Of a DNA stretch of 64,000 bases, positions 15,415-24,200 are shown in pieces. The translations under genes and the position numbers were made by a program. The stretch is from a virus. Its lineage: Duplodnaviria; Caudoviricetes. The stretch is taken from positions 64,001 to 128,000 of IMG/VR virus record IMGVR_UViG_3300013212_000088, one strand, 5' to 3'. Each line of letters opens with the position of its first letter. The stretch's first letter is position 1. The notes beneath the pieces are model-generated. The model saw nothing but the letters and a program-made list of their open reading frames with translations. It ran no database searches and was not told the origin of the DNA.

Positions 15415-17212
15415 TTGCAAACATCTTCCATGCTCTTTCATTTCTATAAACCTTTTTTCTCATTAAGCAGTGAGTTTTAAGGTTTTTTTGTTCAGGTAAA
15501 AAATCAATAATAACTGCATCGGGTTTACCATTTGCTACAGATTGTTCAATGTCTTTACCAACACATCTTAATACTCTTCCTACCTGTTGATAAGTGGTGA
15601 CAGAAGATTGATTTGAACCTGCTAAAATTAATACTGAAATCTTGGGTGCGTCAACTCCAACGTTTGCCCATTGAGTAGCGATTAAAACAATTTCATTATT
15701 TTCAACAGCATTAAGCATCCTTCGACGATAATTCTTTTCCTCGTCAGTTGGGTCATCAACACCTTTATCTCCACCAGGAACGAAAACAGAATCTTCTATC
15801 AATCCTTCCAATAAGAATCCATGTTCTCTTCTCTCTACAAGAATAATCGTGGGTCTTTTAGCTTCTTTAAATGCTTCTGCAAATTGTTTAATTCTAAAGT
15901 TTCTTTCCCAATTATTAACAATATTATTTAAATAAATATCTGCGTAAGTATCACCATCATGAACTTCAGCTACATTACAAACAAATATCTTGGGTGGTAC
16001 TAAATACCCTAGCTCAATCAAATCACTCGCACTGACATCAATAATTTTTCTGCCTAAAGTGCCTTCTATTCTGATTTCTTGATTGTCCATTCTCCACGGG
16101 GTACCAGATAGTCCTAAGCGGTAATATGCCTTAGTAGCATAAGAACCTAACTCTTGAATAACTACTGACGCTACATGTGCTTCATCAACTATAAAAGCCT
16201 GACAAGAACCAATGAGATTTCTCACTTGACTTTTTTGAAATAATACTTCTTGTCGATTATCCCAAGCAATTTGAGCTTTCTTGTATACTGCTAAATCAAC
16301 TTTAATTAATGAGTTAAGCTCTTTGTTAAATTGCTTTTCTAATGCCAAAGCAACTGCAGCATAAGTTTTTTTCTTTTTAGATTCAGATTCATTTAAAGCT
16401 ATTTCTGAAGCTTTTTTCATATCCAAAGACAGCTTGCTTAATTCTCTTCTTGCATTATTTTCTGAGATCTTCCATTTATTTAAAGCTTCATCTAATTCTT
16501 TTTGGAGCTGAACAGTTGTTTTTGGGCCATCTACATTAGGATCATCAATAACTTTATTCCCTTTTTCAATGTATTTTTTATCAAATGCATTTAATGCTGT
16601 TTGGTAAGTGACAACATTAATACCTTCTAAATTAATGTTGCATAAACCACCACCAGCAATGCCAACTTTGACAGGCTTACCATCAAATCTTAAATATCTT
16701 TCAAACTCTTTTTGTGTTTGTTTAAGAAGTTCAATTGCTGGTACTATAAAAATTACTGGGCTTACTCCAAGATTTTCAAATATCTTGCAAGAAGTCATAG
16801 TTTTACCCGCACCAGTACAAAGGGATAACATTCCTCTTTGCGTTTTACGTGCTAAAATTGCAGCATTCTCTTGATAAAATCTTAATTGTTTGCCATCAAA
16901 ATCACAAGTAACAGGGTAATTACGTTCTGGTTTTTTTCTAACATCAATTACTTCATGTTCAATTTTGAGAGAATTGAATAATTTTCTTATTCTTCCAGTT
17001 AATCCTGATGGAAAGGATTGTGTTCTTTTATTGTAAAGAGATATCTTTCCATCCCACTGTCCTTGTTTAAACTTCTGAGACCATTCAGCTGAAGGGACTT
17101 CATAAGACAATTCAGTCCTAATTGCATCATGTAAATTATTATTTACAGCAAACTCATTGTGCAAGTTGCCAACAAGCTTGCCAAATGAATTATCAACTTC
17201 TATTTTGACCAT
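15407..17212 (-). CDS. Superfamily 2 DNA helicase (UvsW/ResIII-like)
   Basis: Q-motif LRFYQ, Walker A CTGAGKT, VPAIELLKQ, TYQT, DEAH, GLSGTP, NVGVDAP, QQVGRVLR; N-terminal WDGKI.LY typical of phage UvsW-like helicases. Confidence 0.9.
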   Translation of the reverse strand: MVKIEVDNSFGKLVGNLHNEFAVNNNLHDAIRTELSYEVPSAEWSQKFKQGQWDGKISLYNKRTQSFPSGLTGRIRKLFNSLKIEHEVIDVRKKPERNYPVTCDFDGKQLRFYQENAAILARKTQRGMLSLCTGAGKTMTSCKIFENLGVSPVIFIVPAIELLKQTQKEFERYLRFDGKPVKVGIAGGGLCNINLEGINVVTYQTALNAFDKKYIEKGNKVIDDPNVDGPKTTVQLQKELDEALNKWKISENNARRELSKLSLDMKKASEIALNESESKKKKTYAAVALALEKQFNKELNSLIKVDLAVYKKAQIAWDNRQEVLFQKSQVRNLIGSCQAFIVDEAHVASVVIQELGSYATKAYYRLGLSGTPWRMDNQEIRIEGTLGRKIIDVSASDLIELGYLVPPKIFVCNVAEVHDGDTYADIYLNNIVNNWERNFRIKQFAEAFKEAKRPTIILVERREHGFLLEGLIEDSVFVPGGDKGVDDPTDEEKNYRRRMLNAVENNEIVLIATQWANVGVDAPKISVLILAGSNQSSVTTYQQVGRVLRCVGKDIEQSVANGKPDAVIIDFLPEQKNLKTHCLMRKKVYRNERAWKMFAIK

Positions 17213-17221
17213 AGCATAAAT

Positions 17222-17230
17222 ATTCTATCA
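17222..17230 (-). promoter_or_regulatory. Extended -10 promoter for the helicase
   Basis: Minus strand TGaTAGAAT, 9 nt before the ATG, just downstream of a terminator; no SD. Confidence 0.45.
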
Positions 17231-17237
17231 TAAAAAC

Positions 17238-17267
17238 AAAGAAACGGGAAATATTTCCCGTTTCTTT
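17238..17267. terminator. Rho-independent terminator formed by a perfect 30-bp palindrome
   Basis: AAAGAAACGGGAAAT|ATTTCCCGTTTCTTT, with T-rich runs following on both strands. Confidence 0.8.
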
Positions 17268-17283
17268 TCTGCATTAGGTAATT

Positions 17284-17733
17284 TTATTCAGGATCAGTAA
17301 ATGACATAGAATTAAACTTGTTTACAGCTACCGCAATAGCTTTTGGCTTTTTGCCTATAAACATATCAAGTGTACTCATGACAAGTGTTTGAATGTTTTC
17401 AACATCTGAGTCTGACAACTCAATGCCTTGATTTACAGCAGCCAAACGAATAAACCTTACAAATTGCTCGACTCTGTCTTCGTTAGAAAACTCACCATCT
17501 TTAATTTGTTCTAGCCCTTCAATCCAAGCGTCTACAAGCATAATGCCCTTTCTGCCTAGTTTTACTGCTAATACTGACCTAATTACGATCAAGGTTTGCA
17601 ATGCGACTTTTGTATCATTTGGTGCACTTCTTGAAAGTAGAAACAAAGCGACCATTGAAATAATACAAAGCATCCCGATTACTAATAGGCCTTGCCAGTT
17701 AGTAAGTAAAGAAGTTATTTGTGAAAGTTCCAT
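17284..17733 (-). CDS. Membrane protein, possibly an LL-H-type holin
   Basis: One N-terminal TM helix (GLLVIGMLCIISMVALFLL) followed by amphipathic helices and GIELSDSDVENI. Start moved to the ATG at 17733 (AAGGA SD, 2 nt after the upstream stop). Confidence 0.4.
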   Translation of the reverse strand: MELSQITSLLTNWQGLLVIGMLCIISMVALFLLSRSAPNDTKVALQTLIVIRSVLAVKLGRKGIMLVDAWIEGLEQIKDGEFSNEDRVEQFVRFIRLAAVNQGIELSDSDVENIQTLVMSTLDMFIGKKPKAIAVAVNKFNSMSFTDPE

Positions 17734-17735
17734 TT

Positions 17736-17948
17736 TTAACAATCCTTAGCAACTACATCATCGCCTTCATCAGACGAATCAAGGTCAAGATCAACATCAA
17801 GAGTTAGGGGAATTACAAGCTCGTCCTTAATTGGTTCTTGCTTCTTTTCATCTGCCCAAACCACTCCTTCATTAGATGCAACTACTTCGTCACCTTCAGC
17901 ATCTGTAAACTTCTCAATCTTGCCTGTGGCCCTCTTAATCATTGCCAT
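17736..17948 (-). CDS. Small acidic hypothetical protein
   Basis: GAGG SD; acidic C-terminus DVDLDLDSSDEGDD. Confidence 0.65.
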   Translation of the reverse strand: MAMIKRATGKIEKFTDAEGDEVVASNEGVVWADEKKQEPIKDELVIPLTLDVDLDLDSSDEGDDVVAKDC

Positions 17949-17959
17949 AATTTTTTACC

Positions 17960-18934
17960 TCAATTATTTAAAGTAGAAACATATTTAGAAAGAATATCTT
18001 CCTGTTCTGCAGTTAAACTGTTAGGATAATTATACAGAAAAGTAATAACAAACTCTCCCCTTGAAGAATCTGGTCTTGGGATACCTTCATTTTCAAACTT
18101 GAGTAAACTATCTAATCTTGTAAGCTTTTCAACCGTAACTTCTTTTTCAACGCCATTTGGAAATTTGATATTTTTCTTTGTTCCAACTAAAGCTTCAATC
18201 GGGTTTAACGAAAGCTTATAAAATATATTACCCTGGTTATCGAAATCAAAATCTGGATGCGGATTTAAATTAAACTCTACGATAGCTTTACCAGGCGGTT
18301 GGTTAGGATTTTCTTGATTACCGCCATCAGGAATTATAATTGCAGAGAAAACTTGGCCTAATTTTAAATGTAATGGTCTTTGGATAGTTTCATTTACAAG
18401 TCCATTTGCATGACATTGTCCACAAATAACATCTAATTTCCAACCCCTACCTCTACAATCATGACAAGGGCCAAGTATCTGTTCAAAAAAGAAGCCAGCA
18501 TGTTGCATTGTGTGCTTGTTCTGTCCAGATCCCATACATGTTCTACAAACCTGTTTAGCGCCAGAACCACCTTCACCCTTACAAGATTTACAAAAAACTC
18601 TTCTCTGGTACATAACATTTTTTATATCTTCTTTAAAAAGATCTTCTAATGACAAATTAACCTTAAGAGTTATAGGGCTGTTGAAAGATTGTGTTTTTAC
18701 TACGTTCCAAGAGTCGAAAGGGTTGTGATGCTGAGGAGGTTGGTCGTATCTACTTTTTGAATTGGGATCACTTAATACAGAATAAGCTTCATTAATTTGC
18801 TTAAACTTGTCCTCGGCATCTGGTTCTTTATTGACATCAGGATGAAACTTTTTGGATAGATTTCTGTAAGCTGATTTTATTTCGTCAGAAGTTGCGTTTC
18901 TACCAACTCCTAAAATTGCATAATGATCTTGCAT
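17960..18934 (-). CDS. dnaJ: Co-chaperone DnaJ (J-domain, Zn-finger, C-terminal domain)
   Basis: DHYAILGV, KFHPD, AYSVLSD, four CxxCxG/AxG repeats and a C-terminal GIP..GEF motif; the G/F-rich region is essentially absent. Confidence 0.93.
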   Translation of the reverse strand: MQDHYAILGVGRNATSDEIKSAYRNLSKKFHPDVNKEPDAEDKFKQINEAYSVLSDPNSKSRYDQPPQHHNPFDSWNVVKTQSFNSPITLKVNLSLEDLFKEDIKNVMYQRRVFCKSCKGEGGSGAKQVCRTCMGSGQNKHTMQHAGFFFEQILGPCHDCRGRGWKLDVICGQCHANGLVNETIQRPLHLKLGQVFSAIIIPDGGNQENPNQPPGKAIVEFNLNPHPDFDFDNQGNIFYKLSLNPIEALVGTKKNIKFPNGVEKEVTVEKLTRLDSLLKFENEGIPRPDSSRGEFVITFLYNYPNSLTAEQEDILSKYVSTLNN

Positions 18935-18940
18935 ACTTAA

Positions 18941-18948
18941 AATATACA
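18941..18948 (-). promoter_or_regulatory. -10 box placing the dnaJ ATG at about +1 (leaderless)
   Basis: The minus strand reads tgTATATTttaagtATG; no SD. Confidence 0.4.
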
Positions 18949-18950
18949 GG

Positions 18951-19631
18951 TTATCTATTTATTTTATTAAGTAAATCTATGATCTTGTTAGATGGGCAAG
19001 CCGCATTCTCACCAACCCCAACATCAGCATGTTGTCCTGTTACGCCCATCACGCAACCTGCAACTGTTCCGTCAGTGAGAACTAGCATTCCGCCAGAAGA
19101 TCCCTCAAGAATATCTGCATCGAAAAACAAAATATCTTGCCATGCCAAACTTGGAGCTTGTTCACCTAATGCTTGGTGAACATTAGTAATTCTTCCAACT
19201 GTAGCAGTGTCATGAAAACCCTCTGGAGATCCTAAAACTGCAATAATATCTCCAACTTCTACTGTGTCAGAGTTGGCAAGTTTCACAGCTGGGATGGTTT
19301 TGGCAATAGGTGTAGATAAAACAATTCCAGCATCATAATTTGGATCGGATATTTGAATTACCGCTGGATATAAACTTTCACCATCAAAGGATACTTTAAT
19401 CTCATGAGGTTTTTTTGTCAATATTGGAGGCACAACATGAGAGGCAGTGACTATGTAACCTTCCCCTACATGAAAACCACTACCAGTCCAACTTTGATCT
19501 CCAGCATCTACATAAATAGTGCAAGAAGACTGAATTGCTGTTTGAATAATTTTCTTTACAGGGTCTTCAATCTTTTGCCCTAACTTCATTCTCCATGCAA
19601 GAGAATCAGCGTTGAATGAAAACAAACTCAT
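18951..19631 (-). CDS. Trypsin-like serine protease (S1, HtrA-like core without PDZ or signal peptide)
   Basis: GSGF, VTASHVV (His), YDAGIV (Asp), LGSPEG, DADILEGSSGG (Ser). Confidence 0.85.
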   Translation of the reverse strand: MSLFSFNADSLAWRMKLGQKIEDPVKKIIQTAIQSSCTIYVDAGDQSWTGSGFHVGEGYIVTASHVVPPILTKKPHEIKVSFDGESLYPAVIQISDPNYDAGIVLSTPIAKTIPAVKLANSDTVEVGDIIAVLGSPEGFHDTATVGRITNVHQALGEQAPSLAWQDILFFDADILEGSSGGMLVLTDGTVAGCVMGVTGQHADVGVGENAACPSNKIIDLLNKINR

Positions 19632-20089
19632 TTATTTATAACCTTGTACATGATAACAGATTTTTGAACTGCTCCGAATCTTCTTGAGTCATCTGAGTTT
19701 TCAGAATTATCTCCAAGCACATAAACATAACCCCTAGGAACAACATGCTTCATTACTAAAAAATTATGATTACCTTCATAATACTTTTCAGCCATTACTC
19801 CTATATGTTGATCAAATACTTCAACTTTTTCAGAATTAAAACTCATCAAAGAATAATAAACATCATTTTCAACAAACTTTATTCTTTTTATAATAGTTTC
19901 GTTATAATCATTCTTCAAAACAACAATATCATTTAAAGAAAAATTATTAGTTCTTACTGCCAAAAGTAATTGATTATTTTTGAGGCTAGGTAACATAGAA
20001 TTACCAATAACCACAACTACTTTAAAAGGTATAGCCCATAAAGTTAAAACTACTAACAAACAAACAATTAATTTGATATATTTTCTCAT
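19628..20089 (-). CDS. lepB: Signal peptidase I (S26)
   Basis: N-terminal TM anchor, GNSMLPSL (Ser), IIKRI (Lys), VLGDNSENSDDSRRFG. Confidence 0.88.
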   Translation of the reverse strand: MRKYIKLIVCLLVVLTLWAIPFKVVVVIGNSMLPSLKNNQLLLAVRTNNFSLNDIVVLKNDYNETIIKRIKFVENDVYYSLMSFNSEKVEVFDQHIGVMAEKYYEGNHNFLVMKHVVPRGYVYVLGDNSENSDDSRRFGAVQKSVIMYKVINK

Positions 20090-20152
20090 TGCACTTCTCC
20101 TATTTGCAGAAGAAGAGCTTAAAGATTTTTGTTTTTTGCCTTTTGGCTCTTT

Positions 20153-21172
20153 TTAAATTAATTTCTCTGGTAATGGCTGTGGATCCTCAACTATTTGAGT
20201 AACGACAGACGCCTTATAATGATCTGGATTAATATTAGCAAAATTAGGAACGCCGTATCCCCATTGTTTAATATCACCAGCAGTTATAAAAGGACTATCA
20301 TCAGCTACAGTTTTTAAAGCTTGCATCATCTCAATGTAATTCTTGATTAATGGTACACCTGCAGTTTTTCTTGAGTATGATAAAAGTAAAGCGCAAATAC
20401 CAGCCATGAAAGGTGATGCTTGGCTTGTTCCTGACATTTTTGCATAACCATTGTTGAAGTGTGTTGAGTATATGTCAACACCAGGCACAGCTCCATCAAC
20501 TTCCTGACCTCTAGAAGAAAAGTGTGCCAAATTACCATTTTTGTCTAAAGCAGCTACAGCTATAACTTCATCATAATGTGCTGGATAATTAACTTTTCCA
20601 GAATCATTACCGGCAGCTGCAATAATAATGATGCCTTTAGAAACAGCTTCTTTAATTAAATTATGAATCTCTCTTGGCGGTTCTGAAGGAGCGCCTAAAG
20701 ACATGTTGATAATATCGCAATTGGCATCGATAGCAAATCTTAAACCTTTTGCAATTGCTTCATATGATCCAGAGCCATCACTATTTAAAACCTTGACTGG
20801 CAATATGTGGCAACCAGGAGCAACGCCTACAATGCCTCTGCCATTTTCTCTCGCAGCAATGATACCTGTAACGTGAATGCCGTGACCGCTTCCATTGTCA
20901 AGTCCAGTACCTTCGCTTGTAGCATCAAGCATAGTTCCCCAAACTTTCTCTAAATCGTTATGCGGTACGATGCCAGTATCTAAAACACCAATTAAAATGC
21001 CTTCACCTTTAGAATATTGCCAAAACTTTTCAATATTACAGGTCATCATTCCCCAATCTTTCTTCTCTCCATCAGAAAGAGAAGTCATAACATGGGTAAC
21101 TTTCAAATCCTCTTCTGGAATAAAGTCTAATTGATCTTTAAGGGAAACTTTTTCTCTTTCGATTGCTGCCAT
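20153..21172 (-). CDS. Subtilisin-family serine protease (S8), intracellular (ISP-like)
   Basis: VLDTG (Asp), HGIHV.GII (His), AAAGN oxyanion Asn, GTSQASP (Ser); no signal peptide, short N-terminal extension containing FIP. Confidence 0.92.
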   Translation of the reverse strand: MAAIEREKVSLKDQLDFIPEEDLKVTHVMTSLSDGEKKDWGMMTCNIEKFWQYSKGEGILIGVLDTGIVPHNDLEKVWGTMLDATSEGTGLDNGSGHGIHVTGIIAARENGRGIVGVAPGCHILPVKVLNSDGSGSYEAIAKGLRFAIDANCDIINMSLGAPSEPPREIHNLIKEAVSKGIIIIAAAGNDSGKVNYPAHYDEVIAVAALDKNGNLAHFSSRGQEVDGAVPGVDIYSTHFNNGYAKMSGTSQASPFMAGICALLLSYSRKTAGVPLIKNYIEMMQALKTVADDSPFITAGDIKQWGYGVPNFANINPDHYKASVVTQIVEDPQPLPEKLI

Positions 21173-21203
21173 TTTCTTAATCTCCTTGAAATACTATATA
21201 TAA

Positions 21204-21232
21204 TATTCTGAATGCAAGCAGATTAAATCCTA
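21204..21232 (-). promoter_or_regulatory. Phage-specific promoter TAGG-N19-AGAATA
   Basis: Minus strand TAGG atttaatctgcttgcattc AGAATA upstream of the S8 gene (AAGGAG SD). Confidence 0.55.
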
Positions 21233-24200
21233 TACAATTTGAACTTGATAGCTGAAAACTTTAAGTCCAGTATTTGCTCCATTTGAAGGTAGAAGAGAAA
21301 CAGATATTTGGCTTCCCTTGGCGAATAAACTTGCATCTAGAGTAGTGTTAGGTTCAGAAATAGATATTTGTTTATCTTTATCAAACCAAGCCAATGCTGT
21401 TTGATTATTTATTGTAGTGGGTGAACCAGAACTTCCATCATAGTAATCATATGACAAAACAATATTTGGCCCCACAGACATTGAATATATCAATGTTGAG
21501 CTATCTAGAGTAATAGGTTTAGTTGGGTCATTTGAAGTTAAAACTATATTAGAAGCATATGGAACGTAATTGCCTGCTAATATTACAGATGTACTTGTAA
21601 CAGCAATTCCAGTTTTAAATCCATCCGAAGGAGAGACTTCAGCATAAATTACATCTCCAGCTAAGAAATAATTATTTGCCTCATCTAAATCTTCCAATCT
21701 CTGTACTGTTCTATTTCTATAATTTGGTAATGAGTTTGTAGTAAAAACTTCTACAGTAGTTCCGCTTCCAGAAACTTCTCTATATCTAAACCATTTGGTC
21801 TGAGTGTTTCTCTCTCTATTTCCGTCAGGTGAATTGTACTCATAATCTAAAATCATTCTTTCTAATACTGAAATAGATGAGCCTATAGAAGACATTGATA
21901 TAATTTTTGGCTTTCCAGTTAAATTAGGCAGTGTAGAGTTTAGATAAGAAGAAAAAACATTTCTATTTTTGACTACAGAATACTGCAAAGCAAAATCATA
22001 TGTATTAGCTACAGCATCATCATAATCTTGCACTAATAGGCCTATTCTAAACTTATTTGATGGGAGAATAAATAAAGTTACAATGTCTGTTCTTTCTAAT
22101 TCCTGAACAAATGTAACCGCACCATCCTCCCTGTTAACGAAGTAATTGCCCCTATTAATTACTCCATTTTTTAAAACAACCAATTGGCTGTCAGCAGACC
22201 ATCTTCCGTTTACTGCAAAGAAAGTTCTATTATCTACAGTTGTTGTTGGCTCACCTTCGTAGAAGTTTTGCAATTCAGGATAAACAATTTCTACAGTTGG
22301 TAACTCAAACAAAGGAATCTCAAATGTAATTGTGCCTAATTTATAATCAGTCTTGTATGTAATTGGGCTTATAATGTCGCCGCTAGCTAATGTAAGAGTA
22401 ATAACAGCATCAGATCTCCAATTTTTAAACTTTGTTCCGTTTAAATATGTTTGAAATATCTGTGGAGTTACTGGCGCTCCTTGTTCATCTAAACCTGTAG
22501 TATCTTGTAATAGTAAACCATTTTCAGAATTGTAAATAACTTGATCTAAATATTGGAATGTTTTTTGACGATTAGACAAGCAACCATTTCTATTGGTAAA
22601 TATTAATTCATAGTCAGCCCAATCAGTACTATCTCCTCTACAAATACCCCATTGTAATTTACTTGTATCTGGAACTGTAGAATTAGAAGTTAAATTATAT
22701 TCAAAAATACTTCCCTTAATATCATATGCATCTGTGAAATAATATCTTTCAGAAGGTGAAGTTTCTACATGATAAAGAGAAGTTACTACAGGTCTCACAG
22801 TTGCACCAGCAGAGTATCCTTCGGTCATATTAACTTTGTATTCAAGATTGGTAATTTGTTTTCTAAAAGTATAACCAACTCCACTATTCAATGTAATCCA
22901 AGTTGAGTAATCTTTTCTGTTGCTGGACCATCTAAATTGCACGCTACAAGTAGATCCTGATGCAGCTGAATATGATGAGCGTAATTCTTTTATATAAGTT
23001 GGATCTGTATACTCAAAATCTCTAGTCCATGAAGCAGTATATAAATCATTTGCCTGTCCATGTAAAAATGAGTTTAATGAGTTTTCAAGATCACCATTAT
23101 CAGCACCATTAAGAATATCAAAATAATTACCATCTGTATCAATGGAAAGTGTTTGTAATTCTCTTTGGTCATTAGCTCTTCCGAAACCAAAAGAATTGAT
23201 GTTTACTCCGGTTTCGAGCCAAGAAGTTTGAGCAGTAGTAACAACATCAGACGTTAAATCCGTTGAAATATTGTCACCATCAGCAAAGACCATTGAAAGT
23301 GGCTTATAAGTTTCTGACCATTTTCTAATTAGCTCTGTTCTTGCTGTATCGGAGTTTTTAATATCTGAAGAAGATCCATCCCAATCTTGCCTCAAATACA
23401 CTTCTAAACTATCACCTGAAGTTACTCCATAACCAGAAGCAAATACTACAGAACCGTTAGTAGGAGAAACAGTGTAATTTGTAGTTCTTGTAACTCCGCT
23501 TACGACTACTTCAACGTCAGGGTATGTACTTGAAGACCATTTATATGTACTTCCAGTGCTTGATTTAGAAAGATATACTATTGGGTTTGTTACAGCAGAA
23601 CCAGCCCAAGGACCAAGTGTAACCTGCTTATCGCTTGAAGTCTTGTACCAATTCCTTAAACTATCTAACCCTAAAGCAGCAATTTGTGTAAGATATCCTA
23701 CAATTAAATTAACTCTTGAAACATTGTTAGTCTCATCATTAGATTTCAAAATTGATTCAGAAATTGATTGTGGAGAAAGTCCAACAATAGATAAAGCAAC
23801 AGCCTCAATTAACTCAGATTTCGTGCCTTTTTGTTTTAAACTAAGCAAATTGGTGTTAAGTTCAGTTTGTGAACTTTCATATCCAGTAGTTTTTTGAGTT
23901 ACAGAAGAACCATATTGCCAAAAGTCAAAATATGTAGTGAATAAAGTAGTTCCGATTCCAGCAACATATTTTTTGTTTCTAGTTATAAATGTGTCAAAGA
24001 AATCCTTAATTGTGTAAACATATTGAGTACTTCCAAAGCTTGATTTGATTGATGTTGAATCGTCAAATACTAAGCTTGTGGCAAACTTTAAATCAGTAGT
24101 TAGGTGCCCAATATCTTTAACTAAAACACCTGCGCCTGCTCCATTTGCCCAATCAAAAGAAGTTGCTCCTGAACCTGAATAATATGCGCCTACAGGAATG

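Noticed and set aside
17734-17742. TTG start at 17742 for the holin-like gene
   Set aside because: It overlaps the upstream gene end. The ATG at 17733 has an AAGGA SD and follows the upstream stop by 2 nt.
20090-20152. Terminator or phage promoter between the S8 and S26 genes
   Set aside because: The AAGG is not followed by an AGAATA-like box at 18 nt, and the AAGAGC/GCTCTT complementarity encloses a long unstructured loop.
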